A model generated the notes under the pieces. The model did not search any database and was not told where the DNA came from. It saw only the letters and a program-made list of their open reading frames with translations. Both the position numbers and the translations under genes were made by a program. A stretch of 36,538 nucleotides of DNA from an uncultured Lachnospiraceae bacterium (GTDB lineage Bacteria; Bacillota; Clostridia; Lachnospirales; Lachnospiraceae). Shown here piece after piece: positions 18,526-28,364 of this stretch. The stretch spans positions 1 to 36,538 of the forward strand of contig CASUON010000001.1 in the NCBI GenBank assembly GCA_949457475.1. The letters run 5' to 3'. Each line of letters opens with the position of its first letter. Within the stretch, counting starts at the first letter, position 1.

Positions 18526-20277
18526 ATGAGAAAAAAAAGGGTGTGTATATTGCTGTGTATCATATGGGCGGTGTCACTTGTGATGGGCTGTGAAAAGCAG
18601 ATCGGGCAAAAAAAGGCAGGTTCTTATGAAGCCAGCCGTTATCCGGATTTTCTTACAATAGACGTTTATGATGAATTTTCGAATTATCAGGGAATCCAGA
18701 GTGGGTGGTTTGCAAAAACAGTAAAGGACCGGTTTAACATGGAGCTGAATATCATCGCGCCAAATGTGGCGGGAAGCGGGGATACGCTTTATCAGACACG
18801 GGCGGCGACAGGAAATCTTGGAGATTTGGTATTAGTGAATACCGAAAATGGAAAATTACGTGAACTGGTGCAGGAAGGGCTGATTATTGACTGCAAAGAG
18901 TTGATAGAGGGCAAAGATATTTTGAAAAATCATAAGTCTGCCATAGAAAAAACAAATGAATTAGTGGAAATGGATGGAATCTATGCTTTTCCCAATTCGA
19001 TATCTTCGCAGCCGGCAACTATGCCATCTGAAAATATGGAGCCAACTTTCGGGCCGTATATCCGGTGGGATTATTATAAAGAAACGGGATATCCTGAAAT
19101 GAACAATCTGGATGAGTTTTTGGACGTTTTGGAACGGATGCAGGCATTGGCAAGGGAAGATGAGAATACGGATGATATTTATGCCATTTCTTTATTCCGG
19201 GACTGGGATGATAATATGATGAATAATGCAAAACAGATTGCCTGCATGTATGGATATGATGAGCAGGGATTTGTATTGGCTAAGGCGGATGGCTCCGATT
19301 ACCAGAATATGATCGATGAGGATTCCTATTATATCCGGGCGCTGCGTTTTTTCAATGAGGCGAATGCGAGGGGGATGGTCGACCCGGAGTCCGAGTCGCA
19401 GAATTATGATGTGTGGCTTCAAAAATACCGGGATGGGAAGGCCCTTTACAGCCCATGGCCATGGGTTGGACAGAGCACATTCCATACAGGTCAAAATAAA
19501 GCAGCCGGTAAGGGGTTTAAGATGGCAGCTGTAAGGGATATGCAGATTTTTTCCTTTGGCTGCTGGCCGCAGGGGGATTCTAAAGGCATCATTGCAATCG
19601 GTTCACAGGCAGAGGATCCGGGAAGGCTTGCAGATTTTATTGACTGGCTGTATTCGCCGGAGGGGATGGAACTGAATGGACAGGCCAATGGCGCAGCAGG
19701 ACCCAGGGGGCTTACTTGGGAGATTGGAACGGATGGAAACCCTTCTTTGACAGATTTTGGCAGGAAGGCTTTGCCGAACAGCCAGATACAGGTTCCAGAA
19801 AAATATGGAGGCGGCCGATGGGATGCCGGTGTATCTGCGTTAAATTTTAAACCACTGCTTTTGTCAGAAACAGATCCGAATACAGGGTCTTTCTACGATT
19901 ATAGGTGTTGGGATTCTACAATCAGAGATTGCGATAGCGTTCTTGATCAGGACTGGCAGGAAAGAATGGGGGCAGATACGGCAATGGAGTATTTAAGAGA
20001 AAATGGTATGCTGCTTGTAGCTGCGGGCGCTAATTTTGCTATGCCAGCCGAAGATGCGAATATTACGACAGCGCGCAGCCGTTGTAAAGCGGTGGTTCTT
20101 GATTATTCCTGGAAGATGGTTTTTTCTCCGGCAAATGAGTTTGATCATCTTCTGACGGAACTTGCAGATATGCTGGACGGCCTGGGTTATCGTGATGTAT
20201 GCCGGATCGATTTTGAAAATGCAAAGGCCCAGACGCAGGCGAGGGAGGCAATTGTACGTGAATTTAAAAACGAATAG
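18526..20277 (+). CDS. Oligosaccharide solute-binding lipoprotein, stand-alone next to the two-component system (probable sensor SBP)
   Basis: Lipobox LVMGC; motifs YQGIQSGWFA, PYIRWDYY, YAISLFRDWDDNMM; no adjacent permease. Confidence 0.88.
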   Translation: MRKKRVCILLCIIWAVSLVMGCEKQIGQKKAGSYEASRYPDFLTIDVYDEFSNYQGIQSGWFAKTVKDRFNMELNIIAPNVAGSGDTLYQTRAATGNLGDLVLVNTENGKLRELVQEGLIIDCKELIEGKDILKNHKSAIEKTNELVEMDGIYAFPNSISSQPATMPSENMEPTFGPYIRWDYYKETGYPEMNNLDEFLDVLERMQALAREDENTDDIYAISLFRDWDDNMMNNAKQIACMYGYDEQGFVLAKADGSDYQNMIDEDSYYIRALRFFNEANARGMVDPESESQNYDVWLQKYRDGKALYSPWPWVGQSTFHTGQNKAAGKGFKMAAVRDMQIFSFGCWPQGDSKGIIAIGSQAEDPGRLADFIDWLYSPEGMELNGQANGAAGPRGLTWEIGTDGNPSLTDFGRKALPNSQIQVPEKYGGGRWDAGVSALNFKPLLLSETDPNTGSFYDYRCWDSTIRDCDSVLDQDWQERMGADTAMEYLRENGMLLVAAGANFAMPAEDANITTARSRCKAVVLDYSWKMVFSPANEFDHLLTELADMLDGLGYRDVCRIDFENAKAQTQAREAIVREFKNE

Positions 20278-20299
20278 AAAAAGAAGCAGTGTTGTGGCA

Positions 20300-20324
20300 A
20301 AACGGAGCCTTATAGGCTCCGTTT
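20300..20324. terminator. Hairpin between convergent SBP and response regulator genes, overlapping the regulator stop codon
   Basis: AAACGGAGCCT-TAT-AGGCTCCGTTT perfect 11-bp stem. Confidence 0.7.
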
Positions 20325-21857
20325 CCGGTATTCTGCAGGTGATGTGCCTTCATACTTTTTAAATTTTCGGTGGAAATAGTCCACATTGCTATATCCGACC
20401 CTTTTGGCAATTTCATAAACTTTCAGGGAACCGTCGTCGAGCAGTTCTTTTGCTTTGGAGATGCGTACCTGGTCCAGATAGGAATTAAAATTTACATTTA
20501 GTTTTTTTGCAAACAGCCTTCCCAAATAGGAGCTGTTATAGCCAAAAAGGGGAGCCAGCGTCTCGAGTTTTAAATTTTTCTGGTAATTATGCTGAATATA
20601 ATGTAAAACTTCATCTAATACATTTTCCCCTGAGGAATATCCAACGGAATGCATCCACATCTCAAACTGTTCTCTTAAAAATTCGATAATCTCATAGAGG
20701 TAATATTTTTCCTCAATCAGGATGATAACAGAGGCATTTGCCAAAAAGGGGAGATCCGTCTGGGGAAAAATGTGCATGATTTTTTGTTTTACCAGTATAT
20801 AAATGTCAATGAGAAAATGTTTGATATCCCAAATTTCCGCAGTGCATTTGTTCAAATATCCAGATAGTTCGCTCAAAGTATCCGCAATCAAAGTCGGGTT
20901 GTGAGATTGTATGTAGTTAGAAAAATATTCCGCATATTTGGGAGCCAGGTCTTGGGTAAACAAATGCGTAAAGTCCTGCTGTATGCAGTACTCATCATAG
21001 CCAATGACATGCTGGTCCCGTATACAAAAGAATCGGCGGTTTTCTAATTTGCAGACATCTTCATAGGAGAGGTGGATATCCTGAATCTGGAAGGTCTGGC
21101 GTCCGTAGGTCAAAAAAATCGAGTCAAAAGGGGATCCTTTTTGAGGTTTGTCCCGGTAATGGCCTAAAAGGTTTTGAAATCTGGAGATGGCAAAATCCCC
21201 TTTTAGCAAAATTACTTTATGCTGGTCTATCTCAAGGATGTCATAGGTCTGGCTGTCCCTGTTTGTGATCCGCATCAGTTCTGAAAAATCCCATGCTGGG
21301 TGGAGACTGTTCTGATTATAATTGCTATATGTAATGACTTGATAAATCCGGACGTTAAGGTGCAAGTCATCAAGGTTTAGAGTATGATAATTACAGGTAT
21401 TCAGAAGGATTTCCTTTAAAATATGTTCTTTGGCCTTGTCCCGGTACTGGGAGTAAGAGCGGGAAACGTTTCTTTCATTTTCAATTAGATCCCGCATGGT
21501 GTGTACAGCCTGCTCAAGTTCATCTTCGTCAATTGGTTTTGTGAGGTAAAAGTCTACTCCATAACGCATGGCAGCCTGTGCCAGCTTGAAGTCGGAGAGC
21601 CCGCTTAAGATGATAAATTTGCCAGTAAAGCCAAAATCCAGGGCGGCTTTTACGACATCTATTCCATCCAGTTTTGGCATGCGGATATCCAGCAGGACAA
21701 GATCAGGCTTTAGTATTTGGATTTTATTCAGCGTATCCTGTCCATTGACAGCAGTTCCACAGATAGAAAAGCCATTCGCATGCCAGTCAATAATCTGTTT
21801 TAGTCCTTCTAATACAAGATGTTCATCATCGGCAATGAGTACATTCAATAAATTCAT
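20310..21857 (-). CDS. Response regulator with AraC-type output (YesN family)
   Basis: VLIADDE, LLDIRMP, YLTKPID receiver; C-terminal AraC HTH (KVYEIAKRVGYSNVDYFHRKFKK). Start at ATG 21857, coupled to the kinase stop (TAATG). Confidence 0.95.
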   Translation of the reverse strand: MNLLNVLIADDEHLVLEGLKQIIDWHANGFSICGTAVNGQDTLNKIQILKPDLVLLDIRMPKLDGIDVVKAALDFGFTGKFIILSGLSDFKLAQAAMRYGVDFYLTKPIDEDELEQAVHTMRDLIENERNVSRSYSQYRDKAKEHILKEILLNTCNYHTLNLDDLHLNVRIYQVITYSNYNQNSLHPAWDFSELMRITNRDSQTYDILEIDQHKVILLKGDFAISRFQNLLGHYRDKPQKGSPFDSIFLTYGRQTFQIQDIHLSYEDVCKLENRRFFCIRDQHVIGYDEYCIQQDFTHLFTQDLAPKYAEYFSNYIQSHNPTLIADTLSELSGYLNKCTAEIWDIKHFLIDIYILVKQKIMHIFPQTDLPFLANASVIILIEEKYYLYEIIEFLREQFEMWMHSVGYSSGENVLDEVLHYIQHNYQKNLKLETLAPLFGYNSSYLGRLFAKKLNVNFNSYLDQVRISKAKELLDDGSLKVYEIAKRVGYSNVDYFHRKFKKYEGTSPAEYRKRSL

Positions 21858-23662
21858 TATTCTTCCTTCGTGCATAACGGGATAGCCATAGTGACACATG
21901 TCCCGAAGTTTTCCTTGCTCTTAATCGTAATGCCATACTCCCTTCCATAAAAGAGATGGATGCGATTGTTGGTATTGTAAAGGCCGATTCCGTGTTCGGA
22001 ATTATTTACCGGCATTTCCAGATGGGAAATGACGTTTTTCAGCTTATTTCCAGACATCCCGGCTCCATTGTCAAAAATATGAATGATAAGCCGCAGATGA
22101 TCTCTGGAGGGATTGATTTTCAGAATAATGTGCCCGTTTTCTTCCATGTCCCGGAGTCCGTGTGAGATGGCGTTTTCGAGGACAGGCTGCAGCAGGAGCG
22201 GCAGGATCTGGCATCTGGAAGGATTCAGGCTTCCATTTATATAAAAATCAAAATTGATGCAGGATGCGAACCGCAGCTTCATGATTGACATATAGGTATT
22301 GATATAATCCAGTTCTTTTTCAAGAGTCGTGGATGAAGTTTTCGTATTCCCAAGCACATAACGCATGGATTTACTCAGCAGTTTAATGGCAGTGGCGACG
22401 CCTTTATTGCCTTCCACAAAAGCTTTCATGCGAATAGCCTCCAGTGTGTTATAAAGAAAATGCGGGTTGATCTGGCTGGCAAGGAGCTTGAGTTCCATCT
22501 GCTGCTGCTGATTCTCAATCATCTGCTCATGGATCTGTGACTGATAAAGTCTGGCTTCTGCAGCTTTTAGCTTTTCCACCATGAGTTTCATATCGCGGAA
22601 AGTAGCAGTCAATTCATCATCGCCTCGGATATTGTCTACAATCTCATAGTCATTGTTGCTGACTTTTGCCATAGCAAGGCGGAGCGTGTTGATGCGTCCG
22701 CTGAAATAGGTAGCATATAGGAAAATAATCACTGCGGAGACAAACAGGGCGATCAGGGCAATCAACAAAAACAGGAGCAGCAGGTGGTACGTGGTGTTTA
22801 AGGCGCTGGTATTTGCAACAAAGATATGCAGTTTATCTGAAGAGTGGTACAGGCTGACAGTAGACATGGAACCAATCACTTTCTCTCCAAACAATGAGAA
22901 GAACCCGGTACAGGCTTTTGATGTTCGTTGTTTTGCATTCAACGGAAAATCCAGGCCGGCATAACTGCGGTCAGAGCTTAGAAAAATGGGTTCTTCATTT
23001 ACATTCATATAAATCTGATAGTTTTTATTTGAGATCATATTACGCAGGTAATCATTGGAAACCGACATGACAAGTACACCGTAAGAGCTTTTCCTGGGAA
23101 TTGGAATGCGGCAGCAATAGTGCAGTTCCCAATAATCCACATCGTTCTGGCCAGTGCGTATATCGCTGATCCAGAAATTGCCGGAAACCTTTTCTGCTTT
23201 CTGATACCAATGCAGATCTTTCATTTCATCTGTAAAAGGCAGGATATATTTGTTTGGCTCTACGTTGTCCATAAGATTTGCAGGCACATACAGCCTTAGG
23301 GTAGTTAGCATTGCCGTATTTGTCAGAGATTTTTCGAATAAATCTGCCAGCTCTGCTGTCGCTTTCATGGAATCGAATTTAGAGGAGTCCGTGCATAACA
23401 GATGTTGCAGCCTGGAACTGTTTGCCACCGTTTCATAAGTGGCATGCAGATAAATGGACGTGGACACAATGGTAGAGTGGATCAGCCGGTTCTGTGAATG
23501 TGCCAGGTCCTCATAGTGTCTGACGGTTCTTTTGTAAGTTACGAAACCGAGTATGGAGCCGATGCCAAAAACAGGGATCAGAATGGCGCAGATGAACAGG
23601 GAGATCAGCTGGTGTTTCATATTGTTTTTGGAAAAATATTTTATTGGAAAATGGTCTTTCAT
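21857..23662 (-). CDS. Sensor histidine kinase (YesM/LytS family)
   Basis: Two TM segments, HAMP, SQINPHFLYNTLE H-box, LQPVLENAISHG, DNGAGM, GIGLYN. Confidence 0.95.
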   Translation of the reverse strand: MKDHFPIKYFSKNNMKHQLISLFICAILIPVFGIGSILGFVTYKRTVRHYEDLAHSQNRLIHSTIVSTSIYLHATYETVANSSRLQHLLCTDSSKFDSMKATAELADLFEKSLTNTAMLTTLRLYVPANLMDNVEPNKYILPFTDEMKDLHWYQKAEKVSGNFWISDIRTGQNDVDYWELHYCCRIPIPRKSSYGVLVMSVSNDYLRNMISNKNYQIYMNVNEEPIFLSSDRSYAGLDFPLNAKQRTSKACTGFFSLFGEKVIGSMSTVSLYHSSDKLHIFVANTSALNTTYHLLLLFLLIALIALFVSAVIIFLYATYFSGRINTLRLAMAKVSNNDYEIVDNIRGDDELTATFRDMKLMVEKLKAAEARLYQSQIHEQMIENQQQQMELKLLASQINPHFLYNTLEAIRMKAFVEGNKGVATAIKLLSKSMRYVLGNTKTSSTTLEKELDYINTYMSIMKLRFASCINFDFYINGSLNPSRCQILPLLLQPVLENAISHGLRDMEENGHIILKINPSRDHLRLIIHIFDNGAGMSGNKLKNVISHLEMPVNNSEHGIGLYNTNNRIHLFYGREYGITIKSKENFGTCVTMAIPLCTKEE

Positions 23663-23779
23663 ATTCTAACAGCTCCTGTATGAGTGGTTTTATTTATTGT
23701 AGCATACTTATGATTCAAAAAAAGCAGTATTTTTTTGAGAATAAATACGGTATGATTTGGAGAAATATTTTTTTATAAT

Positions 23780-23811
23780 AAAAACAGAAAAACAGAAAAA
23801 TAGAAAAATAG
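23780..23811 (+). repeat. 4 x 8-bp tandem repeat (AAAAAYAG) in the alpha-xylosidase leader
   Basis: AAAAACAG AAAAACAG AAAAATAG AAAAATAG between TATAAT (23774-23779) and the GAGG RBS. Confidence 0.8.
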
Positions 23812-23824
23812 AGAGGTAAAATCT

Positions 23825-26146
23825 ATGAAATTTCAGAATGGATGTTGGTTATTAAAGGAAGGATATGGGTGTTTTTCACCAGCGCATGTCTATGAGGTGC
23901 GGGAAGAGAGCAATCGGGTGACATTATGCGCGCCGACAGGCAGAATCACAGAAAAAGGCGATACGTTAGGTGGCATAAATCTGACGGTGCAGATTACGGC
24001 ACCAATGCCGGAGGTAATCCGTGTGCAGACATATCATCACAAAGGCGTGAAGCCGGATGTAACACGGTTTGAACTGAATCTTCCACCGGAATCTGACTGT
24101 TTTCACATGGAAGAGACAGATGATGAGATTCTGGTAACGAGCGGGCATCTAAGTCTTGTCGTCAACAAGGAAAACTGGTCCATGCGTTATGAGCGGGACG
24201 GCAGGCTTTTGACAAAGAGCGGCGCAAAAGACTTAGCTTATCTGAAGACAAACTGGAGGGGAGAGGCATACGACCATGGCAGTGAGGGAGCTTATATGCG
24301 CCAGCAGCTTGGACTTTCGGTGGATGAACTCATCTATGGGCTTGGCGAGCGCTTTACCCCGTTTGTAAAGAACGGACAGTCTGTCAGCATTTGGAATGAA
24401 GATGGTGGGACAAGCACCGAACAGGCATACAAAAATATTCCGTTCTATTTGTCGAACCGGGGATACGGTGTGTTCGTGAATCACCCGGAAAAGGTCGAAT
24501 TTGAGGTGGCGACGGAGCAGGTAGCAAAAGTGGCGTTTTCCGTGAAAGGGGAAAGCCTGGATTATTTTCTGATAAATGGCCCGACTATGAAAGAAGTATT
24601 GATGCGCTATACAGATCTTACGGGAAAGCCGTCGCTGCCGCCAGCGTGGACATTTGGAGTATGGCTCTCGACTTCCTTTACGACCGATTACGATGAGGAG
24701 ACCGTTATGAGTTTTATCGACGGGATGCTTGACCGTGGAATCCCACTCAGTGTCTTTCATTTTGACTGCTGCTGGATGCGGGAGTTCCACTGGACGGACT
24801 TTATCTGGGATGAGCGGGTGTTTCCAGACCCGGAGGGAATGCTTCGCAGGATTAAAGAAAAAGGGATTAAGATCTGTGTTTGGATCAACCCGTATATCGG
24901 ACAGGAGTCTGCGCTCTTTGATAAGGGAATGGAGAAAGGATATTTCTTAAAGCGGGCAAACGGCGATGTATGGCAGTGGGATATGTGGCAGCCAGGACTT
25001 GCCATTGTAGACTTTACGAATCCGCAAGCAGTGGAATGGTATCAGGAGAAGCTGGTAGGCCTTCTGGAGATGGGTGTGGATTGCTTTAAGACGGACTTTG
25101 GCGAGAGAATTCCGACAGATGCGGTCTATTTTAACGGCGCGGATCCGGAAAAAATGCACAACTATTATACATACCTTTACAACAAGGCTATATATGACAC
25201 GCTGGTAAAATACCGCGGCAAAGAGGAAACAGTGCTGTTCGCACGCTCCGCAACTGTGGGCGGGCAGAAATTCCCGGTCCACTGGGGCGGGGACTGCTGG
25301 TCGGATTATGAGTCCATGGAGCAGAGCTTAAGAGGCGGGCTGTCTTTAACAAGCAGCGGTTTTGGATTCTGGAGCCATGACATCGGTGGATTTGAGAACA
25401 CGTCCACAGCGGATGTCTATAAGAGATGGGCGGCATTTGGACTGTTATCGACGCATAGCAGGTTTCATGGCAGCAAATCGTACCGTGTACCGTGGCTGTA
25501 TGACGAGGAAGCGGTGGACGTCGTGCGTTTCTTTACAAAGCTGAAAAAGAGCCTGCTGCCATATCTATACAGCAGCGCCTATATGACTTCAAAAACGGGC
25601 GTTCCGATGCTTCGCAGTATGGCGCTGGAATTTGAAGGGGACAGGAACTGCCGTTACCTTGACAAACAGTATATGCTTGGGGACAGTTTTCTGGTGGCTC
25701 CGATTTTTAATGAGGAAGGGAAGGCTTCTTATTATCTGCCGCAGGGATTGTGGACGAATTACCTGACCGGCGAACAGACGGATGGCGCGCTCTGGCGGGA
25801 GGAATACCATGATTACTTGTCAGTTCCGCTCTGGGTAAGGGAGAACAGCATCATTGCCACGGAACAAAAAGACATGGAAGGGGAACTGGAACTGAGAGTC
25901 TTTGGACTGACAAAGGAAGCGCATACAGAAGTTTATAAAAATGAAAAACTGGTCACATCCGTAACTTTGCAGCGGGAAGGGAATAAGATCCACGGTGAAG
26001 TCAAAGGGAATGTGAAAGTAAAGATACGTTTTATGGGCGAACATAGGCTGGAGGCCGTTGGGGCGCAGGCATTCATGGAAGGCAAGGATTCTGTTTTAAG
26101 CCTTCCGGAGCGGCATGGAGCGTTCGCTGCGGTTCTCGGCATGTGA
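23825..26146 (+). CDS. yicI: GH31 alpha-xylosidase
   Basis: MKFQNGCW start, YGLGERF, WLSTSFTTDYDE, FHFDCCWM, nucleophile CFKTDFGERIP, HWGGDC, WSHDIGGF. Confidence 0.93.
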   Translation: MKFQNGCWLLKEGYGCFSPAHVYEVREESNRVTLCAPTGRITEKGDTLGGINLTVQITAPMPEVIRVQTYHHKGVKPDVTRFELNLPPESDCFHMEETDDEILVTSGHLSLVVNKENWSMRYERDGRLLTKSGAKDLAYLKTNWRGEAYDHGSEGAYMRQQLGLSVDELIYGLGERFTPFVKNGQSVSIWNEDGGTSTEQAYKNIPFYLSNRGYGVFVNHPEKVEFEVATEQVAKVAFSVKGESLDYFLINGPTMKEVLMRYTDLTGKPSLPPAWTFGVWLSTSFTTDYDEETVMSFIDGMLDRGIPLSVFHFDCCWMREFHWTDFIWDERVFPDPEGMLRRIKEKGIKICVWINPYIGQESALFDKGMEKGYFLKRANGDVWQWDMWQPGLAIVDFTNPQAVEWYQEKLVGLLEMGVDCFKTDFGERIPTDAVYFNGADPEKMHNYYTYLYNKAIYDTLVKYRGKEETVLFARSATVGGQKFPVHWGGDCWSDYESMEQSLRGGLSLTSSGFGFWSHDIGGFENTSTADVYKRWAAFGLLSTHSRFHGSKSYRVPWLYDEEAVDVVRFFTKLKKSLLPYLYSSAYMTSKTGVPMLRSMALEFEGDRNCRYLDKQYMLGDSFLVAPIFNEEGKASYYLPQGLWTNYLTGEQTDGALWREEYHDYLSVPLWVRENSIIATEQKDMEGELELRVFGLTKEAHTEVYKNEKLVTSVTLQREGNKIHGEVKGNVKVKIRFMGEHRLEAVGAQAFMEGKDSVLSLPERHGAFAAVLGM

Positions 26147-26219
26147 GCCATGAATCGTAACGATTCGGGGCGGTATGGGAAGTTTGTGCGCAAAAATTAT
26201 GAGAGGAAATCAGGAGTTT

Positions 26220-28364
26220 ATGGAAGAACAAAACGGGAACGGAGAGAGAATGAAACGTGTGGGCGACTCAAAGCTGCGGAAAGAAGCGGAAGAGCTTGTG
26301 CGTCAGCTGACGCTTGATGAAAAGATCAGCATGATCCATGGTGCGGAATTGTTCCGCACCGCTCCCGTAGAGAGGCTTGGAATCCCGGCGCTTACGATGT
26401 CGGACGGGCCTATGGGGGTCCGGCAGGAGTTTGAGCCGGCGAGTTGGAAGAGTGTGGGAGGCAACGATGATTATGTGACATATCTGCCATGCAACAGCGC
26501 CTTGGCGGCTACCTGGAGCAGGGAACTGGCAATGCTTACGGGAGAAGTATTAGGCGAGGAAGCAAGGGGGCGCGGCAAGGATGTGATCCTGGGGCCGGGC
26601 GTGAATATTAAGAGAAGCCCTCTGTGCGGGCGCAATTTCGAATATTTTAGCGAGGATCCATATTTGACGAAGGAAATGGCAGTTCCTTATATCCAGGGGG
26701 TCCAGAGGTGGGATGTCGCGGCGTGCGTGAAGCATTTTGCCGCAAACAACCAAGAAACGCAGAGGCTCTGGGTGGACGTAAAGGTGGATGAAAAGGCGCT
26801 TCGGGAGATTTATCTGCCCGCATTCTATGATGCGGTAAAAAAAGGAAATTGTTATGCGGTTATGGGAGCCTATAATAAGATTTATGGGGAGCATTGCTGT
26901 CAGAGCGATTATTTATTGAACCGGATTCTCAGAAAAGAGTGGGGATATGATGGGGTTGTAATCTCAGATTGGGGCGGCGTGCATGATACAAAAGCTGCTG
27001 CAGACTCCGGGTTAGATCTTGAAATGTCAGTTACAGACAACTTTGGCGAGTATTACATGGCGAAGCCGTTAAAGAAAATGGTGGAAGAAGGAACAATCTC
27101 TGAAAAAGCAATTGACAAAAAGGTTATGCACATTCTGATGCTGATGAAGCGGCTGCATATGCTTGGCGGAGAGAGGAAGAGCGGTACATATAATACGCCG
27201 GAGCATCGGCAGGCAGCCCTTGATGTGGCACGCGAATCCGTTGTGCTTATGAAAAATTCCAGCAACAAGCTTCCGCTGCAGCTAGGGGATGCTAGGGAGC
27301 TTTTGGTGATTGGCGAAAATGCGGACCTGATGCATGCTCCGGGTGGAGGTAGTGCAGAGATTAAAGCTTTGTACGAGATTACGCCATTGATGGGAATTAA
27401 GGCTTTGCTTGGAGGAAATGCAAAAGTATCGTATGTAAAGGGATATTGCCAGGATCCAAAAGAGAAAGAAGATGTTGTGAACTGGCAGGCGGACAGCCTT
27501 GAAAACGGAGGTGGGCAGACCGGGAATGAAAATCAGAAAGACGAAGCCCTTATGCTGTATCGGAAATTGCTTCGGGAAGAAGCTGTGATGAAGGCAAAGG
27601 AATTTAAACAAGTGATTTTTATCGGAGGGTTAAACCATGAGCAGGACTGTGAGGGGAATGACCGCACCGATATGAAACTGCCATATGAGCAGGACCGGTT
27701 GATTCAGGAAATTCTTGATGTAAATCCCAATACAGTGGTTGTGCTGGTTGGCGGAAGCCCGGTAGAGATGGGCGGATGGATTGACCATGCAGACAGCGTT
27801 GTATGGGGCTGGTATGCGGGGATGGAAGGAGGAACGGCGCTTGCGGAAGTCTTATTTGGCAAGACGAACCCGTCCGGAAAACTGCCGGAGTGTTTTTATA
27901 AAACACATACGGACTGTTCGGCGCATGCGTGGGGGAATTTTGCAAAGAAACATACGGTAGATTACGCGGAAGGCGTTTTTGTAGGATACCGGTATTTGGA
28001 TGCGTATCATGTGGAGCCGGAGTTTTGCTTTGGGCATGGGCTGTCGTACACTTCTTTTACGTATGGGCCGGCGCAGCTTGTGGAAGAAAACGGGAGAATT
28101 TATGCGGAGTGTACGGTTTCCAACACAGGTAAAATGGATGGAAAAGAAACCGTGCAGGCTTACCTGGCGCCAAAAACGCGTACGGAGGATGAGCCGGTGC
28201 GGCAGCTAAAAGGATTTGAAAAAATTTTTCTAAAATCCAAAGAACAAAGGAAATTGCGGATTGAAATAGAAGGTTATTCTGAAGTGATGGACGTATGGCT
28301 GGGAAGTTCGCTGAAAGATCTGCGCGTATGCGCGAAAATGAAAGGAGAAAATAATAATGTATGA
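26220..28364 (+). CDS. GH3 beta-glucosidase (cytoplasmic)
   Basis: SDGPMGVR, GRNFEYFSEDP, KHFAANNQE, nucleophile ISDWGG, FGHGLSYT; no signal peptide. Start uncertain (26175, 26220 or 26250). Confidence 0.9.
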   Translation: MEEQNGNGERMKRVGDSKLRKEAEELVRQLTLDEKISMIHGAELFRTAPVERLGIPALTMSDGPMGVRQEFEPASWKSVGGNDDYVTYLPCNSALAATWSRELAMLTGEVLGEEARGRGKDVILGPGVNIKRSPLCGRNFEYFSEDPYLTKEMAVPYIQGVQRWDVAACVKHFAANNQETQRLWVDVKVDEKALREIYLPAFYDAVKKGNCYAVMGAYNKIYGEHCCQSDYLLNRILRKEWGYDGVVISDWGGVHDTKAAADSGLDLEMSVTDNFGEYYMAKPLKKMVEEGTISEKAIDKKVMHILMLMKRLHMLGGERKSGTYNTPEHRQAALDVARESVVLMKNSSNKLPLQLGDARELLVIGENADLMHAPGGGSAEIKALYEITPLMGIKALLGGNAKVSYVKGYCQDPKEKEDVVNWQADSLENGGGQTGNENQKDEALMLYRKLLREEAVMKAKEFKQVIFIGGLNHEQDCEGNDRTDMKLPYEQDRLIQEILDVNPNTVVVLVGGSPVEMGGWIDHADSVVWGWYAGMEGGTALAEVLFGKTNPSGKLPECFYKTHTDCSAHAWGNFAKKHTVDYAEGVFVGYRYLDAYHVEPEFCFGHGLSYTSFTYGPAQLVEENGRIYAECTVSNTGKMDGKETVQAYLAPKTRTEDEPVRQLKGFEKIFLKSKEQRKLRIEIEGYSEVMDVWLGSSLKDLRVCAKMKGENNNV

